Positions 36,629 through 52,400 of a stretch of DNA of 64,000 bases are shown here, piece after piece. How positions within the stretch are numbered: the stretch's first letter is position 1; each line of letters begins with the position of its first letter. Below the pieces are notes generated by a model. That model had not been told where the DNA came from. It ran no database searches and saw only the letters and a program-made list of their open reading frames with translations. This stretch comes from Catajapyx aquilonaris (lineage: Eukaryota), in contig KZ538083.1 of the NCBI GenBank assembly GCA_000934665.2, forward strand, positions 1-64,000, in the 5' to 3' direction. The translations under genes and the position numbers were made by a program.

Positions 36629-39600
36629 ATGGCATACCACGGACCATCGTACGGACTCAGCAGGGAATGCATGATGAAAGTAAGTGTTAACCACTTCTCT
36701 ACACCCCCATTTTTATTGCAAACCTCGAGAGCGTAATTATCGAGGGACAGGTATGCAGACAATGCGATATAAATCACCGGGCTCATCATATTTTTTTTAT
36801 TAATATCCAGGGGGGTGGAGTACGTGACGATCGGTTATCTCGAGCGTGCGAATTTGATGACCTGCAGATAACACGTGGTCAAAGTCACATCCTCCTGGCA
36901 TTTTATAGTCTCTAAATGCTGACTCGGTTTTCGTATGGAAAAAAAAAATGGTAAAAAAATGTACAGGACAATATTTCAAAATGTGTGTTTTTTTTTGTGC
37001 TGTGAGTGACATGCCAGATATGGTGGTGAAATTTAGGTCAAGCCTTTTACGCCGGAGCAAGGAGAAAACCCGGAATCTCAAGCCTAATATTGATCCCCAT
37101 TCCTAGAATCGGTCTTTTAAATATTTGAGAATGACCCAGCATCCGGAATCAAATTACAAATTGACGTCACAAGTACACCGGAATTGGATTGCATTTTTAA
37201 GTGCGCTAACGTATTTCGAACCCTGCCTTTGAAGCTATTGGTGGATATTTTTAGTCCCGATGTGTTGATTGGACCGGTTGGAAATACATGGAAAGGTAGT
37301 AAGGCACGTGTGAGTCAGACACACACACACACAAAAAAAATGTTTGAGGTCATCCAGATGCCCTTTTTCAGTATGTGGCGCCATCGTATCTAGATAATCT
37401 ACATAGAGAGGACACAGGTCAATCAGTCACCAGTTTTTTTGAGACGGTGTTCAGACTGCATTGTCTTGAAGGCAAGCCAGATATTTTTTTTTGCCATCAT
37501 GCTTGGACGCCCAAGTCAATGAATATGTGGCCTTGAAGGTTAAGTGTCAATGCGCGCTCTTTGTGCGTGATGTACACACGATGCCAGAGCAATCCCACAT
37601 TATGCAACAATGGTCCTCTGTGGCCATTGATCAAAAACGGTGCTGCTAACGGATGGGTCAAAGGTCACTGGTATTCAAGAAAATCTCCCGTTTTCAGGCC
37701 CAGGCTAAGTTCAACCTGGAGCGAGCCAAAGAAGTGGTAGATTGGATCGAGAAGGTGTTGGACCGGAGACTTGAGCTGCCCAAACCAGAAGAAGGGATGA
37801 GGGACCAGTTGGATTTTGCGGCGGCTCTCAAGGACGGAGTCGTGCTTTGCGAGTGAGTACAAGGATTAGCGTTTCTAAGGGGGATTATGGGTTCGGAATG
37901 GTCATCATCGGAAGTTGTTGTCGCCTGCAGCAGACGATTGATTGATATGTCGCATTGGGGGTGATTGATTGACCTAATTTAGAGGATGTTTTTGAATAGG
38001 GTTGTTCACACAGCCTGAGCTTTAGAAGCGTGTTGGGTTGAAGTGCGATTACGTAGGTGATATTGAACGAAATATTCATTGGAGACACTGACTCAGGGTT
38101 AAAACCTTTGGTCTGTGCTTGTGCACGTTTTAATGAAGGTCACGGTACCGACACACCGAGGAGTATGCAAATGAAGCAACTTGAGCTACGTTGTTGGATG
38201 GATGTTTTTTTTTTAAACGGGTGTCTACGTGCATTTTTAAATTATAAGCTGAAAAATATAGTGAATTATTTATGACTAACCCCGAAAAAAAACTATAATT
38301 TCGTGGAATCCTCATTTTAAAATGGGCAGATTGCGAAATGCTCATTTTAAAATGTACATTTCGCGATCTGCCCATTTTAAACTGAGAATTTCGCGAAATT
38401 GATTTTTTTTAAGGAGCATATCGCGATCTGCCCATTTTGAAAAGACCATTCCGCGAAATGGTCGTCTTTTTTCGCTCAATGGCCGTTTTCAGGGTTTGAG
38501 CCGAACATTTACGTATACAGGGTGTTGCAAGTTCACAATCCAACAGAAGGTCCGTAGGTACGCGAACAGTATTGCAAATTCATCGTTTTAATTAAAATCT
38601 GCTTAAGGTCATTGTACAGTACACGAATCACTCGCCCCCTGCGGTTTCGTTAATTTTTAATGCATTTTTTATACCTTTTTTTTGCGCAGAATGGAATGGT
38701 CCAGGTTCCATTAAATATTTCGTATACAATACACACGTAGGCGGCTCTCAACCCTAATGACACAGGTGAAAGGCACAAAAATATGGATACAACGCAATTA
38801 AAACTGTCCTCTAATCATAACGAAATTGTTACACTTTCACTCAATACATTTGACCTAATAGCAGGTTTTGCTAATAGCTCATAGACCCACCCACTACATA
38901 GCTCCAGTGNNNNNNNNNNNNNNNNNNNNNNNNNGGGGTGGCTAGACCGGCTGGCAGGGTAATGCACTAAAAATGTATGAAATGTGTATGAGTGTATTCA
39001 ACTTTTCCGGTGGTTAAAGTAAAAATACATAATGAGAGGGCCTGCAACGTATCTAGTGGAGAGTAACATCCGATAGAAGGAAGCGTTGTATTTATTTACG
39101 TTGTATGGTTGGTGCAGATTGGTGAAAAGCAGGAAGCCACAGGTTCTGTTATAAGAGATAGGACAGCCTTGAGCCACATGTGTTACCAGTAACAGGAATA
39201 TTTGCCAGGAGTTTCTGCCATTTTTACCTGGGGGGGAGGGGGGGGGGATCTATAATGCAACATAACAAACTTTGCCTTTTTATTTTTAACCATTTTTTAT
39301 TTTTTATTTGCATTTTATTTTAGTTTATTAGGTTGCAAACAGCTGTTTTATTCACTGACAAAACCCCACCATTCTTTTATAATAGGCTATATAAAGCTAT
39401 TATAATAGTACTGGTGTCACTGATCAGCAATAGTCTATAATTATATGAATTTATTTAGATTTTTTTCAAAGATTAAGCCATTGCAGGTGCGTAGGTGGGG
39501 GCAAATAATGGCAAACTGGTTTGTAGGTCACGCATTAATTGTGGGTCAGGTTTTGAGAGGGAGGTCATGGATTCTATGTGGGTATCAAAAAACGCATTTT

Positions 39601-42600
39601 TATTTCCACTTTCAGGCTTATCAACACCCTTATGCCTGGAGCTGTCAGGAAAATAAACACTATGAAAGCGCCTTTCAAGCAGGTCAGTTATCTCGTTCTA
39701 TCTGCTTTTGTGGGTTAATATTGGGGGGGTTCTGAAATCGTACCGGAACTGGGTTTGTCGTTTGTGACATGGACTTTAAAAATATCGCTGTTAATCTTTT
39801 TTGGAACAGTGATTTTTTGAGAGCTGACAAGCACTTCCATTTTCAGAGGGAGAATGTGGAAATGTTCCTGAAAGGATGTGAAGCCTATGGACTGAAATCA
39901 CAGGATCTCTTCCAAGTGAACGACCTTTATGAGAACAAGAACCTGTATATGGTGAGTCTGGGTCAGGATGTATTATCGTGCGGAGGTGTGATACATTTGC
40001 TGGGGTGGGGAAAGCAATTCTTATCGACTGATGTGGAAGGATAAGAAGGACTTGTTACCTTGGATCCTCCACAAACGTGCTTGATAAGATGCATGGGGTG
40101 TAGCCTTGCATCACCCTGAACTTGCCAGAATGGTTGTAATTATGGCACGTGTGGGATGGACCAATTGAGCATGAAAAGGTTTCATCCACAACTGGCGCAG
40201 CACACACACATCCACTCACGCTTTTACATGAAGGCCTCTAGAGGGGCTTGTGGAGTCTAACTTTCCACATATGCTTTGTCACTCCCATTTTCATAAAGCC
40301 TTGTCAAAAAATGTTATTACTTAATCTAAAGGAGTATAAGCAAATGGAATGGGTGTGAAGATGTGATGGGAGTTGGAAACAGCTCCTATTAAAGTATTTC
40401 AGGCCAGTGACATTTATTTAATGCGGCACTAAGAATTTTATAGTTGCTATTATGACTCAGTTCTGAGGCCTCTGTGATGTTCTATGACTCTATGGCATGC
40501 AGTGTGTCAAAGGTCACGCTGCCATATCACAATCTTCACAGTATAAATATTTGAATCAGTTTAAATTACACCCCTTATGTCAATGGGCCAGATGATATAA
40601 ATAGTTTTGTAGTTAAAGGACACAGCAACACTAAAATGCGGAATACTATTTTTACCAACGACCTTGATCAGTAAGAATGGCATATACTGATTGTAATGCT
40701 CCCAGTGTTTTTTAAATACATTAATCAGGCTCAGAATATATTATACTGATTAAAATTGGGGGTCTTTTGTGACATATTGAAGATTTTAATGAATGGAAGA
40801 GTCATGTTACATCCAATAGAGAATGAAGAGTGATGCAATCATACTGTCACTTGCAAAATTAAGTAATATTTATGGATCCAGTGTGTAATTGAGCTAGGCT
40901 GCTTCTAAGAGAATCATGTGCCCTTGAATTTTCCTGTTGACATTGCCCTCTCTACAAGGCAAAATACAGCTGCACTTCACTGCAACTCAGGGACAAACTT
41001 CCCTTTGTGTTTGGGAATGCCTGTTATTGCTCCAACCGAATCATTGTACTGACGTCACAATGGACAACAATGTATCACAAATGCCAGTACAATGTAACTT
41101 ATAATTAAAGACTTGTAAAACATTTCACAAGGTAGTAGGAGAGCAAGGCCACATGAGATTCTAAGTAATTGATCATAGACCCTAATGGCACAGTTATTGT
41201 GATTCCCAAGCATTTGCACAGAATGTTTCAAAAATTTTATTGCATAAAAGAGTCCTCTGACAAGCCTTTAGGCTCTGGGCACGGACTGAGCAATTTCAGG
41301 GATAGCTCAAGCCTAATCTTACTGTTAGCTCTGCACACACAAAAAGAGCGGGCAATAAATTCCCGTCTTGGGTATGCTCTTCTTTGAAAGTGGGAAACAA
41401 GGTTCACGTCATCCCTTAAAATGGATTGAGGGTCAAGAAGGGTCAGTTCACTCCACAGCAGGCAGTATCAGTGGGCAGGGCAATTTTACGCCCACCAGCA
41501 ATATGTTCAGGGGGCTTATTGCACTTCATCTGTGCAGGCTTAGGTCTGCACAGCTGAGGACAACAAAAAGCAAGTAGGAGAACACTGTACATTTGTTCCT
41601 TTATGATTGAATGCTCTTCAAGAGAGGTATTTTGTTACTGTTACAAATTACACCATACAAGGTCATGTAAATTTCAAGCATGACGACATTAGCCTGCTAG
41701 TGTTTATTGAAATTTCAGGCCCTAAGTCTTAATCAAGTGGTTTTAAGAAAAATTTTGCTAATCTTGAAGCAACTATCCACGGGGAATCGTTTCAAGATGC
41801 ATTAAATGAAAAATAAAACATTTACCACCATAACTTCTGATTTCCATTAGAGCCTAATTTTACATGTACCCAGATGAAGCAGTAATTCATTGTGACCTTT
41901 GTTATGGTAATTTTTTATGGCTGGGCTTTTCAAGGTCTACGCACCCTGCCAGCTTGATTTTGACGCAAATTATTCGCAGCTCATTTTGTAACTACGTTTC
42001 TATTGGAATGGACATTACATATTGTTGGATTATGTGATTGAATTCTTAGCAGCAAATGTACTGCATATCTGGCAGGACAAAATATAGTTTCATAATGATA
42101 ACCCTTTAAGAGCTGAACATGCTTTGAATGCTGGGTGTCATTAGAACTATAATGACATATTCTTGCCAATGAAGGCTTCACTTCTGTCACTCTTGATTGA
42201 GTGTTTAAAAAATATCAATCACATTTTGATTTATGTGTCAACAAGTGGTCCAAAATATTTAAAGCAGAGAATTTAATAATCAGATAATCTTGCAATTGAA
42301 AGAAGTACTTTTTTCAACATCACATGCAGGGCACAGAAATTCGTATGACCCACTGTCCAGTTGCCCCTATTTAAGCAAGTTATCTTTCACCAGTAAAAAT
42401 CCAAGAAATAATTTGAATTTTTTATTGGTTTCTGGCAGGTAAATGGGCAAAGAATGGGAACACTGGTTTAGAGGGTTAATCATGGAAGACTGTCAGATTA
42501 GTTGTGTGTAAATAAAATGTGCAAATCACACCTGAATCATGGTGAATCTCACAGGCTTTTGTCAACTGTGTCTAATTCCTTGATATCATGTCACATAATC

Positions 42601-43605
42601 CTTTAATATTACTGTATAAGTTATTCAATGCAAGCTGAAAAAGAAAAACCACAGGATTCATGTACGGTAGTTAATATAATAATCTTCTGTTTTTACAGGT
42701 TGTGGACTGCATATTTGCACTTGGAGGATTGGTAAGTTAATTAGCCCTTTTAAAACTTGCGACAATGACGTTCAGTTTTGATCATTAACAAGAGAATCCC
42801 AAGTGGATTAGATGCACACATTATCATAATGTATGCAATAAGTTGTGCCGAGATTTCAATGATTTTGAAATATGAAACTTGTGCAATATGCTATTAACCA
42901 TAATACTTGGTGCACCTATGCGAGAGTAATTTTGCACAGGTAAAGTGCTGGACATTCCATAGATTATTGTTGATTCCTGGGCAGAGGCTGCTCTTCGTAA
43001 CATAGCAGAACACCGATAACAGAAACATTGCGTGTCACAGCAAAGTTTCTGCACCAAAACAATTAATTGTGAATAGTTTTGGTGAAGGATTATGATTAGT
43101 ACTGATTTTTAGAAATACACTTTCTCACCATGAGATGTTTCCTGATGTGTTCATTGTAATATTACTATATGCAATGGTAAAAGCACATGATAAATGTATA
43201 TCTTGAAATGCTAGCAATATCATCTATGAAGTAAATGTATGTCCAGGCAAGTCTAGTTGATTGAGTTTCACTCTATCAAAGGTCACACTCTAAGAATGAT
43301 GCTGCTCCAGTGCAGAAGATTCTTAGTGTAACAAAATATCAAACTAAAAAGCCTAAACTCTGTGTATCACGCTTTCCTTGCAGGCCCAAAAGAATCAGTT
43401 TGATGGCCCCAAGTTGGGAGTGAAACAGGCGGACAAAAACAAGCGATGCTTCACCCCAGAACAACTAGCAGAAAGCAAGAAGATAATTGGCCGGCAGTAT
43501 GGGAGCAACCAGGGGGCTAGTCAGTCTGGGATGACCGCCTTCGGGTACACCAGGCAGATCCTTCCCAGTGGCCCCAATGGCGACAACAACGGGACTGCTC
43601 ACTAG
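36629..43605 (+). CDS. Myophilin/MP20/transgelin-type calponin-homology protein, 6 exons
   Basis: Exons 36629-36679, 37698-37852, 39616-39682, 39847-39951, 42699-42731, 43384-43605; GPSYGLSRE, LKDGVVLCELIN, FKQRENVEMFL, DLFQVNDLYE, calponin repeat IGRQYGSNQGASQSGMTAFGYTRQI. Confidence 0.93.
38300..38465. repeat. Degenerate ~30-bp tandem repeat with palindromic subunits
   Basis: Recurrent CATTTTAAAATG...TTTCGCGA(T/A) units, about 5 copies. Confidence 0.6.
38910..38934. other. Assembly gap (25 N)
   Basis: Run of N in intron 2 of the calponin-type gene. Confidence 1.
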
Positions 43606-44218
43606 GTACCAATGTCGTTTCTCTTTCTTGATGACCATGTTCTTGGTTAATGTAATGTACGCCAACATTTGTTTTTCAGCAGAGCATCATTCCAGTGGGG
43701 GAAAAGGAACAGTGCACGAAGGACTGTAGGCTTGCTACAAAATGTGAACGATTTTAGTTTTCCTTTTCTCGCTCCAGCACAACACTTGATTGTTCTGTTA
43801 TTTGACACGCTTTCAAACCATAGCGACAGTTCTAAGTGTGGCAAGTTGGTGTGTTCAGTGCTAAATGTTTTTAACACATGACTATGATGCACACACTCCC
43901 TTTCCCTTCCTTTTATCATGAAAGGCGGTCAAGTGGAACGTCGAAAGTGCCATTATTTTATTGTTTTTCGTTGCTCTCTTCCTGAATGTAGGGGTTCAAT
44001 AGCAGCCATTATCTTACTTGACGATGGATTTATTTTTTTGAGTGTTAACCAGCCTGTCATTAATCATTAAGAAAATAGCTGTTTTATAACTGTTTATAAC
44101 GGATTAAATGTCTAGTTTAGTTTCTCAGACGTTGTAATAAATACTACACATTTTACTGCAATTGAAATTCATTGCAAGACTCCCCAATATATACACACAT
44201 TATTCAATGAGTAATTAA

Positions 44219-47894
<3,676 letters not shown>

Positions 47895-49068
47895 GTTTGA
47901 TCATGTGACTTTCCTCTCCTACCACCGGCGGCGCTGCATACGCTCTGCATTCCTCTTACATTGCTCTCACATACTGCGCACGAGATGGCCGTGATTGGTG
48001 CTTCTTCTTATAGAAAGCCAATCGCTGCCTTCTCAGGTCGAGCATCTGATTCACAGTGTGATGCGACTGCAGCGCCATCTTTCGAGGACCAGAGGAAGTA
48101 ATCAACTCGTGCAAGAACTGGTTGGCCGCGAAAGTGAATGGAACGCCTGGTTTCTCGGACTCTCTTCTGGTGTCCTGCTGGACCATCATGGAGCACTGAC
48201 GCCGCCCGGTGGAAGCGGACTGCTTCCCTGCATCAGGAGCGAGTACCGGCCCAGTTAGTGCCCGCGTTTACACCTGGAGTAGTCCAAGCCGGAACATTCT
48301 TATTGGTGGGAAATGAGAGGACTGGGACACAGTTGGTGGCTATTTCTGCTATTAAAAAGCAATGTGTGACATTAATTCCGCACCAATATTAGAGACTTTC
48401 GATTTTGAGGCTATTTAAATATTCTCATTTGAAACTGGATGGCTTTTAAGTTGCATGACAGTAGCCTACCAGCTGACCAAATGCACAGAGAGCACAGTAT
48501 TGGCTAAAGGGCAATGACCCTGTCACAATAATGTGTTAGGCAGGCATATGCATTGTGGAACTAAGCCAAGGGAGAGTGTGGAATAAACTTTTTGGTCTGA
48601 TATGGTGCACATGTAGTAGAATGAGCAATGAGGGTCCATCATGTGACTTAGCCCGTGATCACAGCTAATGTACATGTTACATCATCATGCATGTAACAAC
48701 TGATTCGAGACCACACTTCACTTTAGATCATTCATTGTTTGACTGATGCTCTCCTGAAGATTGAATGATATTTCAAGGACATTTGATGTGATTTTTCGTT
48801 CATTTCTTCATTTCTCCACGGTATTGTCCCAAAGGTGCATGATATATAATATATCTTTGTTGCTTTGATGAGGAAACCATTGCATGGAACCCTCACGTTG
48901 GAATGGTTAGAATGACAACTTGTACATGCTTGAATGGCACATCTGGGATCTATATAAAAAAGGAGTATATATTTTCTGGTTTGTTAAATTAAAAAATAAC
49001 AGCTTTTTTAAAAGTCAGAAACAGAGTCGTGTAATCTGGAGTCTAGTATTTATGGTGAAGAGTAGAGG

Positions 49069-49309
49069 ACGTTGCTAAACTCAGCGGCTGTCAGCACTGC
49101 TGACCTCGGTGACTGGTCAATCTTCGCTGAGTTGAACAACATTTTCGCTGCCTAGTTCCGCTATTCTAAGATGGCTGCCATTCCCCTAGCAAAATCGAAC
49201 AAGGTGCCCCACACAAAAGTCGCTTCGCTTAGCAACCCGTGTTGAATAAATCAACAACAATACTTTGAACTGCTGCCTCAGCGAGGGCAGCGGCTGAGTT
49301 TAGCAATGT
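49069..49309. mobile_element. MITE upstream of the SHOC1 coding region
   Basis: Inverted ends GTTGCTAAACTCAGCGGCTG / CAGCGGCTGAGTTTAGCAAT. Confidence 0.6.
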
Positions 49310-49440
49310 ATACTCATAGTGCATGCTACGGAATAGTGAAAAGTTGAGGATATAAAATATGTATTGAATATTTTGTAATGTTTCAGGCAAGGATATACGC
49401 TGGCAATGATTAATTGATTCTCAAACTGTACAAAAGCTTA

Positions 49441-52400
49441 ATGGAAGGTCAACAGAATGATACAGGACCCCCTCCAGGGACAATCCCAGATGGAGTCACC
49501 TACCTGTACAGAACACGACTCTATCCGCATATTCCAGCGAGGTACCTTGCTGCTGCACAAAACAATCTCAGGTATTAGCAAGGAAGTTTATCAATATTTG
49601 AGCACTTAACAAGAGTATTTTAATATTGCTACCTGTTATGAGAAATATTGCGCAACCTGTCTCATCAATATGTTACTGACTGTTACAGCATAACAGATTT
49701 GACTGACAAGCGCCAAGTGAATCTGGGATTCATTGAGAATGAGAGTGCAAATGCCCTGTCTGACATGCAGGCATGGGCCATGAAAATCAAGAGTGACCAG
49801 GAAATACCGAACAAGACAAGGTACTCGGGCCAGTGCCATGATAGTCACTTAAGGGAATTTAACCACATGCTAACACTGTTGCAAATATCTTACAGTCAGA
49901 TTCAGAAGGAGTTGGAATCATTTCCACATCTCCTTGATGACAAAGAATATGAACCTTATGACCTAGATGCCTTTCTGGGTAATACTGTTAGTGGGAAAAA
50001 TTGCTGTCGACCAGAGCCAGAATTAGAGTTTGACTTGACTTCACATTTTGCCACCTGGGATCGCTTCTTGCATTATGAAAGACTTATGGAAATGATGTCA
50101 AGTTGGGATTATAAGGTAAGGAAGATGGTGTATTTTTATGCAGGATGTTTTAATGTAATGATACATTTCATTTAATTTGGCAGAAACCAATACTAAATGA
50201 GCGTGATGTTGTGGCTGCTCAGTTGTCATGGTCAAATAAATCATCAGGTTTATTCATTACGCCAACTGATGTAGCTTGTGAAGAGGTAAACTTGCCTGAA
50301 GTTGAGCTGCCAGCAGACCAGGTGCCCTCAGATCTCACTGTGGCATGTGTCTCAGACTTTGTTAGCCAAAAAGAGAATGGAGGTGATGGTTTGGCTGCTG
50401 TGAAAAAATGTGATGATGAGTGCACCAGCAAGAATATGGAAATAGAAAGCAAGCCATTAAGTGAGAGCAGTGCAGATGATGAGGCCCAGGAGGTGGCAGG
50501 AAACGACAATAATGCTCAAGATGCTACACCTGCAAAGGATTATAGTGACCGAAGAACTGAAGTGTCAAGTAGCTGTGGTAAAACAGATGAGAAGAGAGCT
50601 AATGTATCTGGAGAGAAGGAAGTAGAGGGACCATCTAGTAGTAAGAATAATGAGTTGGTTGTTTTTGATGATACCACAGAAGAAAGCAACACAGCTGAAG
50701 AGGACCATAATAACATATCTCTACATAATGATCCACATGCTGCAAATCTGGTTAACGAAGTAGATATTGGAGATACTACTAGTTTGGTCCCCACAGAAAT
50801 AAGTGTGGAAGAACACACTAATACCACAGAAGTCGAAAGCAATCTACGGAATAAACTGAATGACAATAAATCAACTACGGTGAGTGTGGAACCACCTAGT
50901 GCTAATGAAGTGGTGGTTTTTGAAGATAGCAAAGAGGAAAGCAAAGACAATGCAGAAGGCCACAAAAGACCTCCAAGTGATGATGTTGTAGGTATTGCAA
51001 ATCCAATACAAGAAATAGATGAGCATGATGCTAATAATTTGGTCACCACAGAAACAAGTATGTGTGACCATACCAGCATGAGGGAAGAAGAAAGGAGATT
51101 ACTGAATAGAGTAATTAAATATGATGAATCACCAGAAGTGAGAGTGGAGAACTGGAGAACTGAAGCTCCTAGGGAAATGAAAGATTTAACAGCACAAGCT
51201 TCACATTCCATGGTTCTGTCACAAGAAGTGAAAATTGATGAACCTGAGGAGCTGCGGAAAGAGGTATCCCCCAGTTTTAGCCATGAAGATATGGACGTGT
51301 GTGATGATGGAGAAGAAGAATGTGACACATTTGGAGCTAATTGCAGTGTGATCATAGCAGATTGTAAAGAAGACAAAGACATGAGCTGTAAAGAAGCTTT
51401 TCCATCTGCTACTTATGTAATACCTCATAGAAAGTCTGTCAAGAACAGTTATGTGATCTCACTTTCTAAGACATTGAATAGTGGAACGGCAACTGTTCTC
51501 ACCAATTCAACTGCTGTTGAGTTCATTAACACTGCTAAGAGGTTCAAGAGCATTATTAACAATGAAGGAAGTGAATTCGAAGACCCCTTTGGTGATGAGG
51601 AGCTCTCCAGTATCATGGACGAAGATGAGGACATTGACAAATTAATTGATAGAGAAGTTGATCAGATATACAAAGAGGACAATGAAGATGGAACTCCTAG
51701 TGTCAAGGAAATAGTCACTGATATTGTCAGAGCATCTTATGACTTGAAGAAGGACCTGAAGCTCTCTCCTATCAACTCAGCCAAGACTAATAACCAGGAA
51801 ATTTCTGAAAAGTGCTGTAGAATGACTGATGCCAGAAATGTGTCAGAAGCAACCTATAATCAGAGTGGTAGCAATAGCATTTGTAATATGAAATCAGTAG
51901 TGCATGATGAGAAGGTCATTATTGCCCCTGAGAAGAAAACAGAAGTGCAGATTGCTAAGAGCAGTGATATGCTTTTTGAAATGACAGACAAGAGCTGTGA
52001 AAGAGATGTTTTTGAGGATATTTACACTACTCCAGTAAATCATCTGAAAACTGTTGACAGGAGAACAGAACAAAGCAGGTTTGGAAAACTAACTAATGAC
52101 TCAGGGGAGGAAACAAGCAAGAAGAACATTCCAATAGATAAGTTACATAATCTTGAACCAACAAAAGAAGAACTATTTCCACCAAGGGCTTCAGATGTTA
52201 GAGAAAACTTGGTAAAGCCGAAGGTACCAAACACCAAGTCATTCCAAGATACAATTTATGAGAAGATCAAGGCATACAAATCTTTCCAAGGGACTGCAGC
52301 AAATAGCCTGGCACTAAAAAAGCCAAGACTGCACTTATATCGTGAAAATGAGTTTTTCAAGATGGATCTTTGTACGAAGCCTGTTGCAAACCATTGGAAA

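Noticed and set aside
50540..51382. 280-aa Ser/Leu-rich antisense ORF
   Set aside because: Mirror of the Glu/Asp/Lys-rich SHOC1 exon.
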